A stretch of DNA of 64,000 nt from a virus, in IMG/VR virus record IMGVR_UViG_3300044972_002389, positions 102,892 through 166,891 of that record. One strand, 5' to 3'. A program made the translations under genes and the position numbers. Of the stretch, positions 10,057 to 18,786 are shown piece by piece. The first letter of the stretch is position 1. Every line of letters starts with the position of its first letter. The notes beneath the pieces were generated by a model. That model had not been told where the DNA came from and did not search any database. It saw only the letters and a program-made list of their open reading frames with translations.

Positions 10057-11319
10057 ATGTCTATCGCCAATGACGATTCAGCTATGACCAAGATCCGCAA
10101 GGCTCGATTGAAGTTGATGTTCACCCATCCTTTTTTCGGAACATTGGTCATGAACCTTCCGGTTAAGGACGCAACTGATGCTGGATGGTGCCCGACTGCT
10201 GCGGTTGATGGTCGATATATCTACTACAACCGAAATTTCATCAACGACCTATCAGTTGATGAAGTGCTGTTTGTTTTTGCGCACGAGTGCTACCATTGTA
10301 TCTTTGATCACTTTGGTCGACGCAGCCATCGTGATCCGCAGTGGTTTAACATGGCCAATGATTACGTTATAAACGGCCTACTTGTGCAAGACAAGATTGG
10401 CAAAATGCCAGAAAAAAAGGTAGAAGTTAAAGACGCTGATGGCAAATCCACCCAGCGTGTTGGCCTCTACGACAGCAAGTATCTGGGCTGGACGTCAGAA
10501 AAAGTCTATGACGACCTTGTAAAGCGCAAGGTGAAGAAACAGCTTACTCTCGACGTGCACATTGAGATGGGCAAAGATGCCCAAAACTCAGATGGGCAAA
10601 AAAGCAACCAAGGCATTCCTGTTGAGATTGATGAGGAAAGCCTCAAACAGCTTCGAGCTGAGCTCAAAGACAAGGTTCTGCAAGCTGCCAATGCCTCTGC
10701 TGGAAATCTTCCAGCCAGCATTGCACGTCTTGTGGACCATCTTGTGGAGCCCAAGATCAACTGGCGTGACTTCATTCGCGAGACTATTCAAAGCCAACTC
10801 ACAAGCGACTACACCTACCGGCGCCCCAATCGTCGCCATCATGGTGGTGATGTGGTGTTTGCCAGCCTGGAGCGTGAGGAAACTGTGGATGTGGAGGTCA
10901 GCATTGACCAAAGCGGCAGCATCTCTGCTGACATGGCACGCGACTTTCTAAGTGAAGTTTTGGGGATAACTTCACAATATGATAATTTCCGGCTTGCAGT
11001 CAGCACCTTTGATACCCGGCTCTATAATCGCCAGGAGTTTACTCCAGAAAACATTGAAGAGCTGCTGGAGTATGAGCCCATGGGTGGCGGCGGAACCGAC
11101 ATTTCTGTGGTTATTAGATCACTCAAGGAAATGAATGTTGAGCCCAAGGTATTGATCATCTTCACAGATCTTGAATCAAGTGAGTTTGGCGAGCCCAATT
11201 TCTGTCCCGTTGTTTGGCTTGTCAACAATCCTTGGAACAAGAATATCGTTCCGCCGTTTGGTACCTGGGTGCGGTTCACAAAAGAAGAAGGGGTGGCTGA
11301 AACAGGAGATGCAGGCTAG
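10057..11319 (+). CDS. putative metallopeptidase (HExxH) fused to vWA domain, DUF2201-like
   Basis: FAHECYHCIFDH (HExxH) is in the N-terminal half. VEVSIDQSGSIS (D-x-S-x-S MIDAS) is in the C-terminal half. Strong RBS. Confidence 0.6.
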   Translation: MSIANDDSAMTKIRKARLKLMFTHPFFGTLVMNLPVKDATDAGWCPTAAVDGRYIYYNRNFINDLSVDEVLFVFAHECYHCIFDHFGRRSHRDPQWFNMANDYVINGLLVQDKIGKMPEKKVEVKDADGKSTQRVGLYDSKYLGWTSEKVYDDLVKRKVKKQLTLDVHIEMGKDAQNSDGQKSNQGIPVEIDEESLKQLRAELKDKVLQAANASAGNLPASIARLVDHLVEPKINWRDFIRETIQSQLTSDYTYRRPNRRHHGGDVVFASLEREETVDVEVSIDQSGSISADMARDFLSEVLGITSQYDNFRLAVSTFDTRLYNRQEFTPENIEELLEYEPMGGGGTDISVVIRSLKEMNVEPKVLIIFTDLESSEFGEPNFCPVVWLVNNPWNKNIVPPFGTWVRFTKEEGVAETGDAG

Positions 11320-11333
11320 ATAATTGCCTCAAT

Positions 11334-11360
11334 AGGCGGAAGTTATTTCCGCCTATTTTT
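11334..11360 (+). terminator. rho-independent terminator
   Basis: aggcggaa-gttat-ttccgcct 8-bp stem followed by ATTTTT. It sits between convergent genes and overlaps the last codons of the HNH gene. Confidence 0.5.
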
Positions 11361-12278
11361 AGCACTTGCAGACATTTTTCTTTTTGACTCGTCAGAATGT
11401 TTGAGACCTTGTCTGCTTTCACTGATTTTCTTTTTTGTCTCATCCGAAAGCTTGCGACCTTTGTTATTTTCGCTGATTTTCCTTTTTGTTTCTTCAGATT
11501 GAGTTTTACCCTTTTTAATCTCGCTCATTTTCTGTTTTGACAAATCGCTGTGTTTCTTTCCTTTGAACGGGTTAACCATTCCGTTGGTGTAATTCTGCTT
11601 GTTTTTTTGACGTGATTTTTCTTTTACTTCTTCGCTGCGCGGAATGCCACGGAGTTTACTGACCTTGCCCATATTGATTTGGGATAATAAGGCTCTAGTT
11701 TGCTCGGATACAATACGACCCTTCAATTTAGCTGCGCGTTTAGCCACTAATTCTAGTGGCTGTTTTTTACCTTTCAAAGCTTCTGATCTTTTTCTATTGG
11801 ACTCCTCTGAGGGAGTTCTGCCTTTGCTACTTTCTCCTATCTTCTTGCAGGTTTCTGGTGAATGTTTTCTGCCTGTCCTGACTTGTGATACCATCTTTCT
11901 GCACTTCTCATATAGAGATGCAGTAACAAAATGTGAATTTGTTCGATAACCTACCATATAATTCAGTGCATAAATCATTTTAGCTTTCGCTGAGTCAGTA
12001 GATACTATATAAATCAATAGTTGATGACATAACAAATGTTCTCTTGCTGTGAGGCGAACTAAATTCGAAGGGTCATTTGAATTTCCTTCAATCCATCCTC
12101 TTGTACCCTTCCGATTACGATGTAAAAAGAAAGAGTCAGGGACTATGTGATGTTGTTCTGTATACCCAACAAGTTGACGAATTCTTGCTGATTCAATTAT
12201 ACTGTAATACCATTGAGTGTATTTGTTGTCTAAATACGGATGGTTGATAGGCAAAGATACCCTAGGCAATAATTTCAT
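11343..12278 (-). CDS. HNH homing endonuclease with C-terminal NUMOD3 repeats
   Basis: EQHHIVPDSF...NLVRLTAREHLLCH is an HNH motif. Downstream lie 4-5 repeats of GKKHSDLSKQKMSEIKKGK/TQSEETKRKISENNKGRKLSDETKKKISE (NUMOD3-like). ATG at 12278 with AAGGAG RBS; the ORF-track start at 12374 is upstream. Confidence 0.75.
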   Translation of the reverse strand: MKLLPRVSLPINHPYLDNKYTQWYYSIIESARIRQLVGYTEQHHIVPDSFFLHRNRKGTRGWIEGNSNDPSNLVRLTAREHLLCHQLLIYIVSTDSAKAKMIYALNYMVGYRTNSHFVTASLYEKCRKMVSQVRTGRKHSPETCKKIGESSKGRTPSEESNRKRSEALKGKKQPLELVAKRAAKLKGRIVSEQTRALLSQINMGKVSKLRGIPRSEEVKEKSRQKNKQNYTNGMVNPFKGKKHSDLSKQKMSEIKKGKTQSEETKRKISENNKGRKLSDETKKKISESRQGLKHSDESKRKMSASAKNRRK

Positions 12279-12392
12279 GCTGAATGCTCCTTCATAGCGT
12301 TTAGAGCGGTCGGAGAGGTTAGAGGCTCGCGGACCGCAATTGTATTTAGTGTCAATTTTGACACGTACACACATAATTGTACAAACTCTGCT

Positions 12393-12662
12393 ATGAGCAC
12401 CAACATATCAACCCAACTTGAAGAACTGGCTGTGGGCATTGTCACCAGAGTCAGTGAAATGCTGTATGTGGCCAGCAAAGATCTTGAGCCCAGCAAGCGG
12501 GAAAAGATCGTAGAGATGATTGAAAACCAACTGCCTACAGTGGTTGTCAACACTCTCTTCCGAACAGAGGCTCTTCACACACCAAAAGGCATTGATCATC
12601 TCAGAGAGAATATCGAAGATTATTCAATGCAGTTCACACAAATGTTCATCAGGAACGATTGA
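12393..12662 (+). CDS. hypothetical protein (89 aa)
   Basis: ORF with ATG, followed by a 6-bp stem hairpin at 12671-12690. Confidence 0.4.
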   Translation: MSTNISTQLEELAVGIVTRVSEMLYVASKDLEPSKREKIVEMIENQLPTVVVNTLFRTEALHTPKGIDHLRENIEDYSMQFTQMFIRND

Positions 12663-12914
12663 GCTTAAATAGGGGTGTGACCCAACCCCTCACTGTTTGT
12701 CTCAAATTTCCACGAGACTGTTCCATGACACTGCTAAGAATAGCAGTACTGGAAACTCAAATCACAAACACATATGAAAATGTAGGTTTCCGCAAACAGG
12801 AAACAATTTATGACATTGACGTCACCATAGAGTTTAACTCAGTTGGTGACCAAATACATTGGGAATTTACCAATTCCTCCTTGACACAAGTGGCTGGCAT
12901 GTTATTTTGGCCCC

Positions 12915-13493
12915 ATGAGCAAGAAAACAACAGCTTATTTTTCCATAGACATCGAAACCGATGGACCCTGTCCAGGACTCAATAGTATGTTGAGCTTGGG
13001 TTGTGTGGCTTTTGATGAACAGGGCAACAATCTTGACACCTACTATGTGAACTTGAATCTGTTGCCTGAGGCCAAACCAGACCCCAAAACAATGGATTTC
13101 TGGGCACAACATCAAAAATATTATGATGAGACGCGAGTGTGGTGTCAAAGCCCAGAGGAGGCTATGCCCCATTTCAGTCAGTGGGTGGCAAGTTTTCCTG
13201 GTAGTCCAGTGGCAGTGTGCATGCCCAGTGGATTTGACTTCACTTGGGTGTATTACTATCTCATGCGTTTCACAGGGAAAAGTGTGTTCAGTTTCAGTGT
13301 GTTAGACATGAAGACCATGGCCATGTGCATGCTGCGGCTGCCTTACCGTGAGAGTGTGAAAAGGAATTGGCCACGACATTGGTTTAGCAAGTTGCCGCAC
13401 ACTCACAACGCTCTTGCAGATTCGCTCGAGCAGGCTGAGACCTTCAAACTCATGCTGAAGGATTTGATGGGAAGTGATGATGAGAAAGCTTGA
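12915..13493 (+). CDS. DEDDh 3'-5' exonuclease (DnaQ/RNase T-like)
   Basis: FSIDIETDG (Exo I), FDFTWVYYY (Exo II region) and HNALADSLE (Exo III with His). Confidence 0.75.
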   Translation: MSKKTTAYFSIDIETDGPCPGLNSMLSLGCVAFDEQGNNLDTYYVNLNLLPEAKPDPKTMDFWAQHQKYYDETRVWCQSPEEAMPHFSQWVASFPGSPVAVCMPSGFDFTWVYYYLMRFTGKSVFSFSVLDMKTMAMCMLRLPYRESVKRNWPRHWFSKLPHTHNALADSLEQAETFKLMLKDLMGSDDEKA

Positions 13494-13776
13494 CCGATGG
13501 CAGTGCATTGATGCTGGTGGGCACTGGCGCTACCCATTAGCCGACAATTTCCTCAACCATCATTTGGAGAACATTTTCCACCAGTATGGTGGTCGCAAAG
13601 GGTGGCTACAACACTATTTTCCTGAACTTTGGTGTTGGCTAGAGTTGAATGTGCCGCATTATGAGTGGGATATAGGCTACAAGATACCTTTTGAAACCCT
13701 TGATTTGTTGCTGGTCTATAATGTGAGACCTCTGTTTGAAGCTGCCTGGGAGGATCAGATCCTTGACACCGTTTGA
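13474..13776 (+). CDS. small protein, PDLYTW-family paralogue 1
   Basis: YFPELWCWLELN motif; overlaps its neighbours; 100 aa. Confidence 0.5.
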   Translation: MMMRKLDRWQCIDAGGHWRYPLADNFLNHHLENIFHQYGGRKGWLQHYFPELWCWLELNVPHYEWDIGYKIPFETLDLLLVYNVRPLFEAAWEDQILDTV

Positions 13777-14068
13777 CTACAACCCCCCTTATAGTCGAGG
13801 AGATGGTGTGTTTGTGTATCCATTGGCTAACAATCTCACCAAACATGAAAAAGTCCTGGCTACAAGGAACGCACACTCAAGACTTCTGTTGTTTCAAGAA
13901 AATTTCCCTGATCTCTATACCTGGTGTATCTTGAATTTAGATGGTGAAGAGTGGGACTTAGTGACTGCCTGGGACACAAGCACCAATTGGCAATTTGAGC
14001 TGCTGTTGGGAGAAAGGGCCTTTGAGAGATTTCAAGCTGCTTGGGGAGAAGATGATGAGGCAGCTTGA
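13736..14068 (+). CDS. small protein, PDLYTW-family paralogue 2
   Basis: NFPDLYTWCILNLDGEEW. The N-terminal region aligns with paralogue 1 (WRYPLADNFLNHH versus FVYPLANNLTKHE). TTG start. Confidence 0.45.
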   Translation: MKLPGRIRSLTPFDYNPPYSRGDGVFVYPLANNLTKHEKVLATRNAHSRLLLFQENFPDLYTWCILNLDGEEWDLVTAWDTSTNWQFELLLGERAFERFQAAWGEDDEAA

Positions 14069-14366
14069 TCCCATTCGTGCCACTCGGCGTTTTGCCAATG
14101 GTTTTTTCTATACTCTCTCTGATGATCTTGATGAGAATGAAACAACACAAGTTACTAAAGATGAAACTGAGAGAATGCGGTTTTTCCAGACACATTGGCC
14201 TGATCTCTACACCTGGCTGATGTTGAACAGTAATGAGGAACACTTGAGTTTGTATTACAGAGGGATCTATCCCAATGTGAGTTTTATATTGGCAATCTAT
14301 TTTGATGATGCACTCTATTTCAACAGTGCATTCAGGAATCGAATAGAGTTTGTAGATATACTATAA
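14052..14366 (+). CDS. small protein, PDLYTW-family paralogue 3
   Basis: MMRQLD start parallels the MMMRKLD of paralogue 1. HWPDLYTWLMLN motif. Confidence 0.5.
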   Translation: MMRQLDPIRATRRFANGFFYTLSDDLDENETTQVTKDETERMRFFQTHWPDLYTWLMLNSNEEHLSLYYRGIYPNVSFILAIYFDDALYFNSAFRNRIEFVDIL

Positions 14367-14573
14367 ACACCTGATTATACAATTGGGTATTTCCTGGTTG
14401 GCTCAGAGAACATACTCTCCCTGAGCAAGTCAGGGAGATAAAAGCTTTCCCGGCAGTACGCAGAGACTGGGTTTTGATGCTGTATGTCTACAGAAGTGGT
14501 TACTCGGTACTTCTTGATCCTTGGGGATCCACATCCTATCTCGAACAAAAATTGTTCAGTAGCGGCAAAAAAC

Positions 14574-14602
14574 TGGAGGAGACCCAATCAACCTCCAGTT
14601 TT
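14574..14602 (+). terminator. candidate terminator hairpin
   Basis: A-run, then ctggagg-(11 nt)-cctccag, then TTTT, inside the 600-bp non-coding stretch. Confidence 0.3.
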
Positions 14603-14960
14603 CCTGATCGTTGTCAATGCACAGACAGAGCGATCCATTTGAACACAGTGCCTCACACTGCGAAGATGATTTGAGCCTATTCTGTGACTGGGCTTGTTAT
14701 TCCGGGTTCGCGCTGGAGAGTTTCTTTGCATAACAGACAGCGGTGCTTCCCGGTCCGGTGGGCAGAGTTCCACCGACTTGTTTGCGTTCCTGACAGGTCA
14801 CCTGTCCCTTCCGCCAGCGGATGCCATTTACCGCCATATCAATACTGCTGTTGCTCATATGTTAAGCTCCAAGGCGCATTCATGCTATCAAAATCACCAA
14901 CTTTTCTGTTGACTTGGTAGGAGAGTGTTATATTGTTGAGTCAATGAGAAAGGACTCCAA

Positions 14961-15320
14961 TTGAATATAGTGGCCTTATTTTTGTCAGTGTTCTTTTGGT
15001 CACAAGTGGCTATAATGGCCATTTGTGTGGGCCTCATGCTTCCCCTGATAATTTGGTATGAGTGGCGCAAGGGCAACGATCTCACATATGAACAGTTTTT
15101 CAAACTGTTGATTTTGTTCTCTGCAATGGGCGCCACCGGACTTGGGTTGGTATTGTTGGCGCTTATCTTGTGGAAATTTCCACCAGACAGTGTGGAATTG
15201 TTGGGCCAATATCAACCCAACAGCATTTACGAGCCAGTTGGCTCTCAAACCCTTATGCTGCCAGGCAGCCGGAGTGCCAAAACAATGCGAGCATTGCTTA
15301 GCTCAAGTGAGGATTCTTGA
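14961..15320 (+). CDS. small membrane protein, paralogue a
   Basis: Hydrophobic segments. C-terminus LPGSRSAKTMRALLSSSEDS parallels the neighbouring gene. Confidence 0.5.
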   Translation: MNIVALFLSVFFWSQVAIMAICVGLMLPLIIWYEWRKGNDLTYEQFFKLLILFSAMGATGLGLVLLALILWKFPPDSVELLGQYQPNSIYEPVGSQTLMLPGSRSAKTMRALLSSSEDS

Positions 15321-15613
15321 ACATGGACGCAGTTATTTTTTGGATAGTAATGTATTTTGGAACAGGTTTCTTAGTTGGAGTGATAGGTGGAGCTGTTTCA
15401 ATTTGGGAAAAATGGCGGCAAGGCGATGATGTACTGCTATGCGATCTCTTTGATCTCGTTGGGGCAATGATGGTATGCTTGTTCGTATGGCCGGCCGTAA
15501 TCTGGATGGTGATTGTAGACGTCACAAAAAGCAAGTTCAAAATCAACAAAAACAGCGTTGTGCTCAAAGGTAGCAGGAGTGCCAAAACCTATCGAGCATT
15601 GACTGAGGAATAG
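15317..15613 (+). CDS. small membrane protein, paralogue b
   Basis: Hydrophobic segments. C-terminus LKGSRSAKTYRALTEE. ATGA overlap with paralogue a. Confidence 0.5.
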   Translation: MNMDAVIFWIVMYFGTGFLVGVIGGAVSIWEKWRQGDDVLLCDLFDLVGAMMVCLFVWPAVIWMVIVDVTKSKFKINKNSVVLKGSRSAKTYRALTEE

Positions 15614-15625
15614 CTTAAATATCTC

Positions 15626-16225
15626 ATGAAGATAAATGAGATCACACAACGCATAGTTTGGCACAGCAGCCATGTTCCTGATATTCAAGAGTTTAGGTTT
15701 TTAACACATCTTGGAACCTGGGCTGCTGCTGTTGAACGTGCGTTGCAAAAAGATTTTTATACCGACATGCTCATGGCCGATCTGGGCCCAAAAACCTACA
15801 TGTATCAAGTCAACATAGATGCCTGTGAGCGAGGCATTAGAATCAAGGACGATCCTGATTATGGTGATCCCTGGGATCACATTGCCTACAACTGGGATCG
15901 CATGCCAACGGAAATACAAACCAACATATCAAAAGATGCTCCTTATCATGAGCTGGCAGAAAAGCTTCCTGATATGTTCAAAAGCCTAGGCATTGACTAT
16001 CTTTGGTACTACAACCGAATTGAAAGTCCACGCAGCAAAAGCTATATTGCACTCAACCCCAAATGTTTCAAAATAATAGACATTCATGCATACGCTCCGC
16101 GCGAGCTACTTTTAGCTGATCCGAGAGTGATTGATTTACAGGTAAGGCGCGGAATGTGGGCCAAATCAACAGCTCAGAAAATCAAAAGCATCCTTCGAGC
16201 CCGAGACCCAAACATCAAATTTTAG
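15626..16225 (+). CDS. hypothetical protein (199 aa)
   Basis: Long ORF in consistent plus-strand gene order. Confidence 0.5.
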   Translation: MKINEITQRIVWHSSHVPDIQEFRFLTHLGTWAAAVERALQKDFYTDMLMADLGPKTYMYQVNIDACERGIRIKDDPDYGDPWDHIAYNWDRMPTEIQTNISKDAPYHELAEKLPDMFKSLGIDYLWYYNRIESPRSKSYIALNPKCFKIIDIHAYAPRELLLADPRVIDLQVRRGMWAKSTAQKIKSILRARDPNIKF

Positions 16226-16226
16226 G

Positions 16227-16254
16227 TTGACTCTAGTGTAAACTTTGTTACTGT
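16227..16254 (+). promoter_or_regulatory. candidate sigma70-type promoter
   Basis: TTGACT-16-TGtTACTGT, followed by the (AGTAAC)3 microsatellite and ATG 16286. Confidence 0.35.
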
Positions 16255-16285
16255 AGTAACAGTAACAGTAACAGGAACATTTCAC

Positions 16286-16471
16286 ATGTTTGACCATAAG
16301 CAACAAGTTTTAGCTGCACTCGAGGCAGCACGAGCGAGAATTGATTCAGAGGATTGGCATGGAGAATGTGTATGCCTTCACAGGACACTAGGACGATGCC
16401 CTTGCCATGAGGATCATCAAACTCTGTTGATTCAGTTGGAAGCTGCCATCAAAACCATGCAAACTGTTTGA
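16286..16471 (+). CDS. small Cys/His-rich protein (61 aa)
   Basis: CVCLH...CPCH suggests a small metal-binding module. Confidence 0.45.
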   Translation: MFDHKQQVLAALEAARARIDSEDWHGECVCLHRTLGRCPCHEDHQTLLIQLEAAIKTMQTV

Positions 16472-16483
16472 CAGGAGACTGGG

Positions 16484-17371
16484 ATGCTGCTGCACACATT
16501 AGTTGACCGAAAACTCATACACCCGCCCAAGTGGTTGCCCGACAACACTCAATTTCTGGGCTATGCTGGTAGTGCTGCCTATGGTGTCAGCAACGACACG
16601 AGTGACATGGACTGCTTTGGCTTCTGCATCCCGCCCCGTGAGATTGTGTTCCCCTTCACCGACGGCGGCAGGGTGTATGGCTTTGGCACACAGGAACAGC
16701 GGTTTCGAGTGTGGAGCGAGCATCACATTCAGCTGCCGGATCAACGGAAAGAGTTGGACTTTTCTATTTATAATATCGTTGATTTTATGCAACTGGCGAT
16801 GGAAAATAATCCAAATGTTTTGGACGTTCTCTTTCTTCCCCGCCGCTGCATTCTCCACAGCACCAAAATCGCAGAGCATGTGAGAGAGCATAGGAAAGAG
16901 TTCCTCCACAAAGGAGCTATGGGAAAACTTCGGGGATACGCATTTTCACAAATTTCAAAAATTCGCAACAAAACCAACAGCAGCAATCCCAAAAGAGCTG
17001 CCACTATTGCTGAACACGGATGGGATCTGAAGTTTGGAGTGCATGTAGTGAGGCTCATGCTGCAATGCGAGCAGATCCTGGTAGAGCATGACCTTGACAT
17101 TGAGCGCAACAGCGAGGTGCTCAAGAGCATTCGGCGAGGTGAGTGGACACTAGAGCAGCTGGACAGTTGGTTTGATGTCAAGGAAAAATCTCTAGAGACA
17201 CTACATGCCAACAGCACGTTGCGAGATAAGCCAGATGAGAAGAGGATCAAACATCTACTTCTTGACTGTTTGTCAATGCACTATGGCCCTCTCACCACCG
17301 GTGTCAAGCGAGAAACTGGTGTTGATCAACTGGTAAATGAGCTGCAAACTGTGCTGGATAGATATCGATAA
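16484..17371 (+). CDS. predicted nucleotidyltransferase (Pol-beta superfamily)
   Basis: GSAAYGVSNDTSDMD fits the GS-x9-13-D-x-D nucleotidyltransferase motif. 295 aa. Confidence 0.5.
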   Translation: MLLHTLVDRKLIHPPKWLPDNTQFLGYAGSAAYGVSNDTSDMDCFGFCIPPREIVFPFTDGGRVYGFGTQEQRFRVWSEHHIQLPDQRKELDFSIYNIVDFMQLAMENNPNVLDVLFLPRRCILHSTKIAEHVREHRKEFLHKGAMGKLRGYAFSQISKIRNKTNSSNPKRAATIAEHGWDLKFGVHVVRLMLQCEQILVEHDLDIERNSEVLKSIRRGEWTLEQLDSWFDVKEKSLETLHANSTLRDKPDEKRIKHLLLDCLSMHYGPLTTGVKRETGVDQLVNELQTVLDRYR

Positions 17372-17379
17372 GGTCTAGG

Positions 17380-17407
17380 TTGACAAGATCGTCAACCGTG
17401 CTATATT
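17380..17407 (+). promoter_or_regulatory. sigma70-type promoter (consensus family)
   Basis: TTGACA-16-TGcTATATT, then AAGGAG RBS and ATG 17432. Confidence 0.5.
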
Positions 17408-17431
17408 CCCTACACAAAAAAGGAGCCACAC

Positions 17432-17776
17432 ATGAGTTACCTCCGTAAGCGTATGATGGAGCAAACCGAACTTTTGCGCACTGTGGACTTCAGCACAGTA
17501 GCTAATTACCAGGTGATGAAACGAGTGTATCACCAGCTGGTGAGCCAGCACCATTTCCCAGGCGATCTAGCCGCCGAAATCTCCGCTAGCATGCAGATCA
17601 ATGTAAGTGATGCTGCACTACTTGATGAGGAGTTCATCACAGCCATCATCACCAGCACATGTGTGGCAGCGAGCCGACTGTATCGCCAACTGGAGATTGA
17701 TTTTGGAGTCAATCGTGCCAACGTGATGCTGACGAGCCTCACCGGTCAGTTCAGCATCACTTACGACGTGCCATGA
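17432..17776 (+). CDS. hypothetical protein (114 aa)
   Basis: ORF preceded by a consensus promoter and RBS. Confidence 0.5.
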   Translation: MSYLRKRMMEQTELLRTVDFSTVANYQVMKRVYHQLVSQHHFPGDLAAEISASMQINVSDAALLDEEFITAIITSTCVAASRLYRQLEIDFGVNRANVMLTSLTGQFSITYDVP

Positions 17777-17982
17777 TCCTTGACGTTGCCATGCTGGTGA
17801 TTGCAGCTGGCTTTTGGTACACAGGCTACCTTCTGTGGACCATGAGGCAGGGGTTCAAAGCGTCAGCAAGCTTGGCTCTGCTATGTGGGTTTTTCAGCTT
17901 CTTGGCCTTTTGGGCAGTGGTTGAGTGGTTGCCGTTGGCAGCGGGCCTGTTTTGTCTATTCACTCTAGTCATGTTGAGTTGA
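17773..17982 (+). CDS. small two-TM membrane protein
   Basis: 69 aa, two hydrophobic helices, ATGA overlap with the upstream gene. Confidence 0.4.
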   Translation: MILDVAMLVIAAGFWYTGYLLWTMRQGFKASASLALLCGFFSFLAFWAVVEWLPLAAGLFCLFTLVMLS

Positions 17983-17985
17983 GCC

Positions 17986-18519
17986 ATGGATGACAAGTTT
18001 CGCAAGATACTGGAACGAGCGCTGCATCCCAGCACCATGGAGGGCGAGTGGGACTCGGCTTTCCGTGCAGCACGTCGCATGGTTGGGGCCAGCAGCTTGG
18101 ACAAGCTGTTGGGTGCTGCCTCGCAGCCACAGGTGCGGGAGGTGGTGCGTGAACGTGTGGTGTATCGGGAACCCAACTACAGCCACAGCATGGAAGTCAG
18201 TCTCAAGATCTCTGCTCGTTGGCAGCACAGCTTCATGGAAACCATCTGGAAGGACGCCCAGAGTGGTGGCTTGAAGATTGAGATCTTGCACCTGCGATGC
18301 CGAGACAAAACCTTGAACAGCGGCTTGGACATGCGCGTGAAGGTGCACGGTAGTGCAAGTGGTTTGGCATGGTGGAATGGTCGAGTGGACGATTATTTAG
18401 CGGAGATGAACAGCAAGAACAAGAACAACACGAGGCCTACAGGTCCAGATGTAGCTGGTGAAACCATCCCCAAAAAGCCTGGATTTTGGCAGCGTTTGGC
18501 GAACGTCCTTCGGGGATAA
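17986..18519 (+). CDS. hypothetical protein (177 aa)
   Basis: ORF in an operon-like arrangement. Confidence 0.5.
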   Translation: MDDKFRKILERALHPSTMEGEWDSAFRAARRMVGASSLDKLLGAASQPQVREVVRERVVYREPNYSHSMEVSLKISARWQHSFMETIWKDAQSGGLKIEILHLRCRDKTLNSGLDMRVKVHGSASGLAWWNGRVDDYLAEMNSKNKNNTRPTGPDVAGETIPKKPGFWQRLANVLRG

Positions 18520-18522
18520 CCG

Positions 18523-18780
18523 GTGAGGAAGCTCACTCCAGATACTGCGGTGAACCGCCGGCAATTTCCCTACTTTGTGCGAGTCGTCAACGTGAGTAAT
18601 TTTTCGCACTACACGGAAATTTGCAGCTGGACTAAACAGCGTTGGGGCTCACCAAGTAGACTCCACAAAGACGCATTGTGGGCATGTCAGATTGAAACAA
18701 GCACTGCTGGAGAGCAGGAGATGTGGATTTGGTTCCGGCATGAAGATGACATGGTGCTGTTCTCTCTCACTTGGTGCTAG
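18523..18780 (+). CDS. LTW-motif small protein family, array A member 1
   Basis: C-terminus WIWFRHEDDMVLFSLTWC. Confidence 0.6.
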   Translation: MRKLTPDTAVNRRQFPYFVRVVNVSNFSHYTEICSWTKQRWGSPSRLHKDALWACQIETSTAGEQEMWIWFRHEDDMVLFSLTWC

Positions 18781-18786
18781 GGCAAC

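Noticed and set aside
12358-12392. Candidate promoter TTGACA at about 12358 upstream of gene 12393
   Set aside because: No acceptable -10 hexamer at 16-18 nt spacing. The TGCTATG that resembles the family -10 actually contains the start codon.
12659-12985. ORF 12659..12985 (108 aa) overlapping the exonuclease start
   Set aside because: No RBS and unusual composition, and it overlaps the better-supported exonuclease gene by 70 nt. It is probably non-coding sequence with a hairpin at 12671-12690.
14367-14960. tRNA gene in the gene-poor region, expected given the tRNA-repair toolkit
   Set aside because: I found no segment with a GTTCRANYC T-loop flanked by complementary acceptor-stem arms. The candidate hairpins have wrong stem and loop sizes. 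A formal tRNAscan is still warranted.
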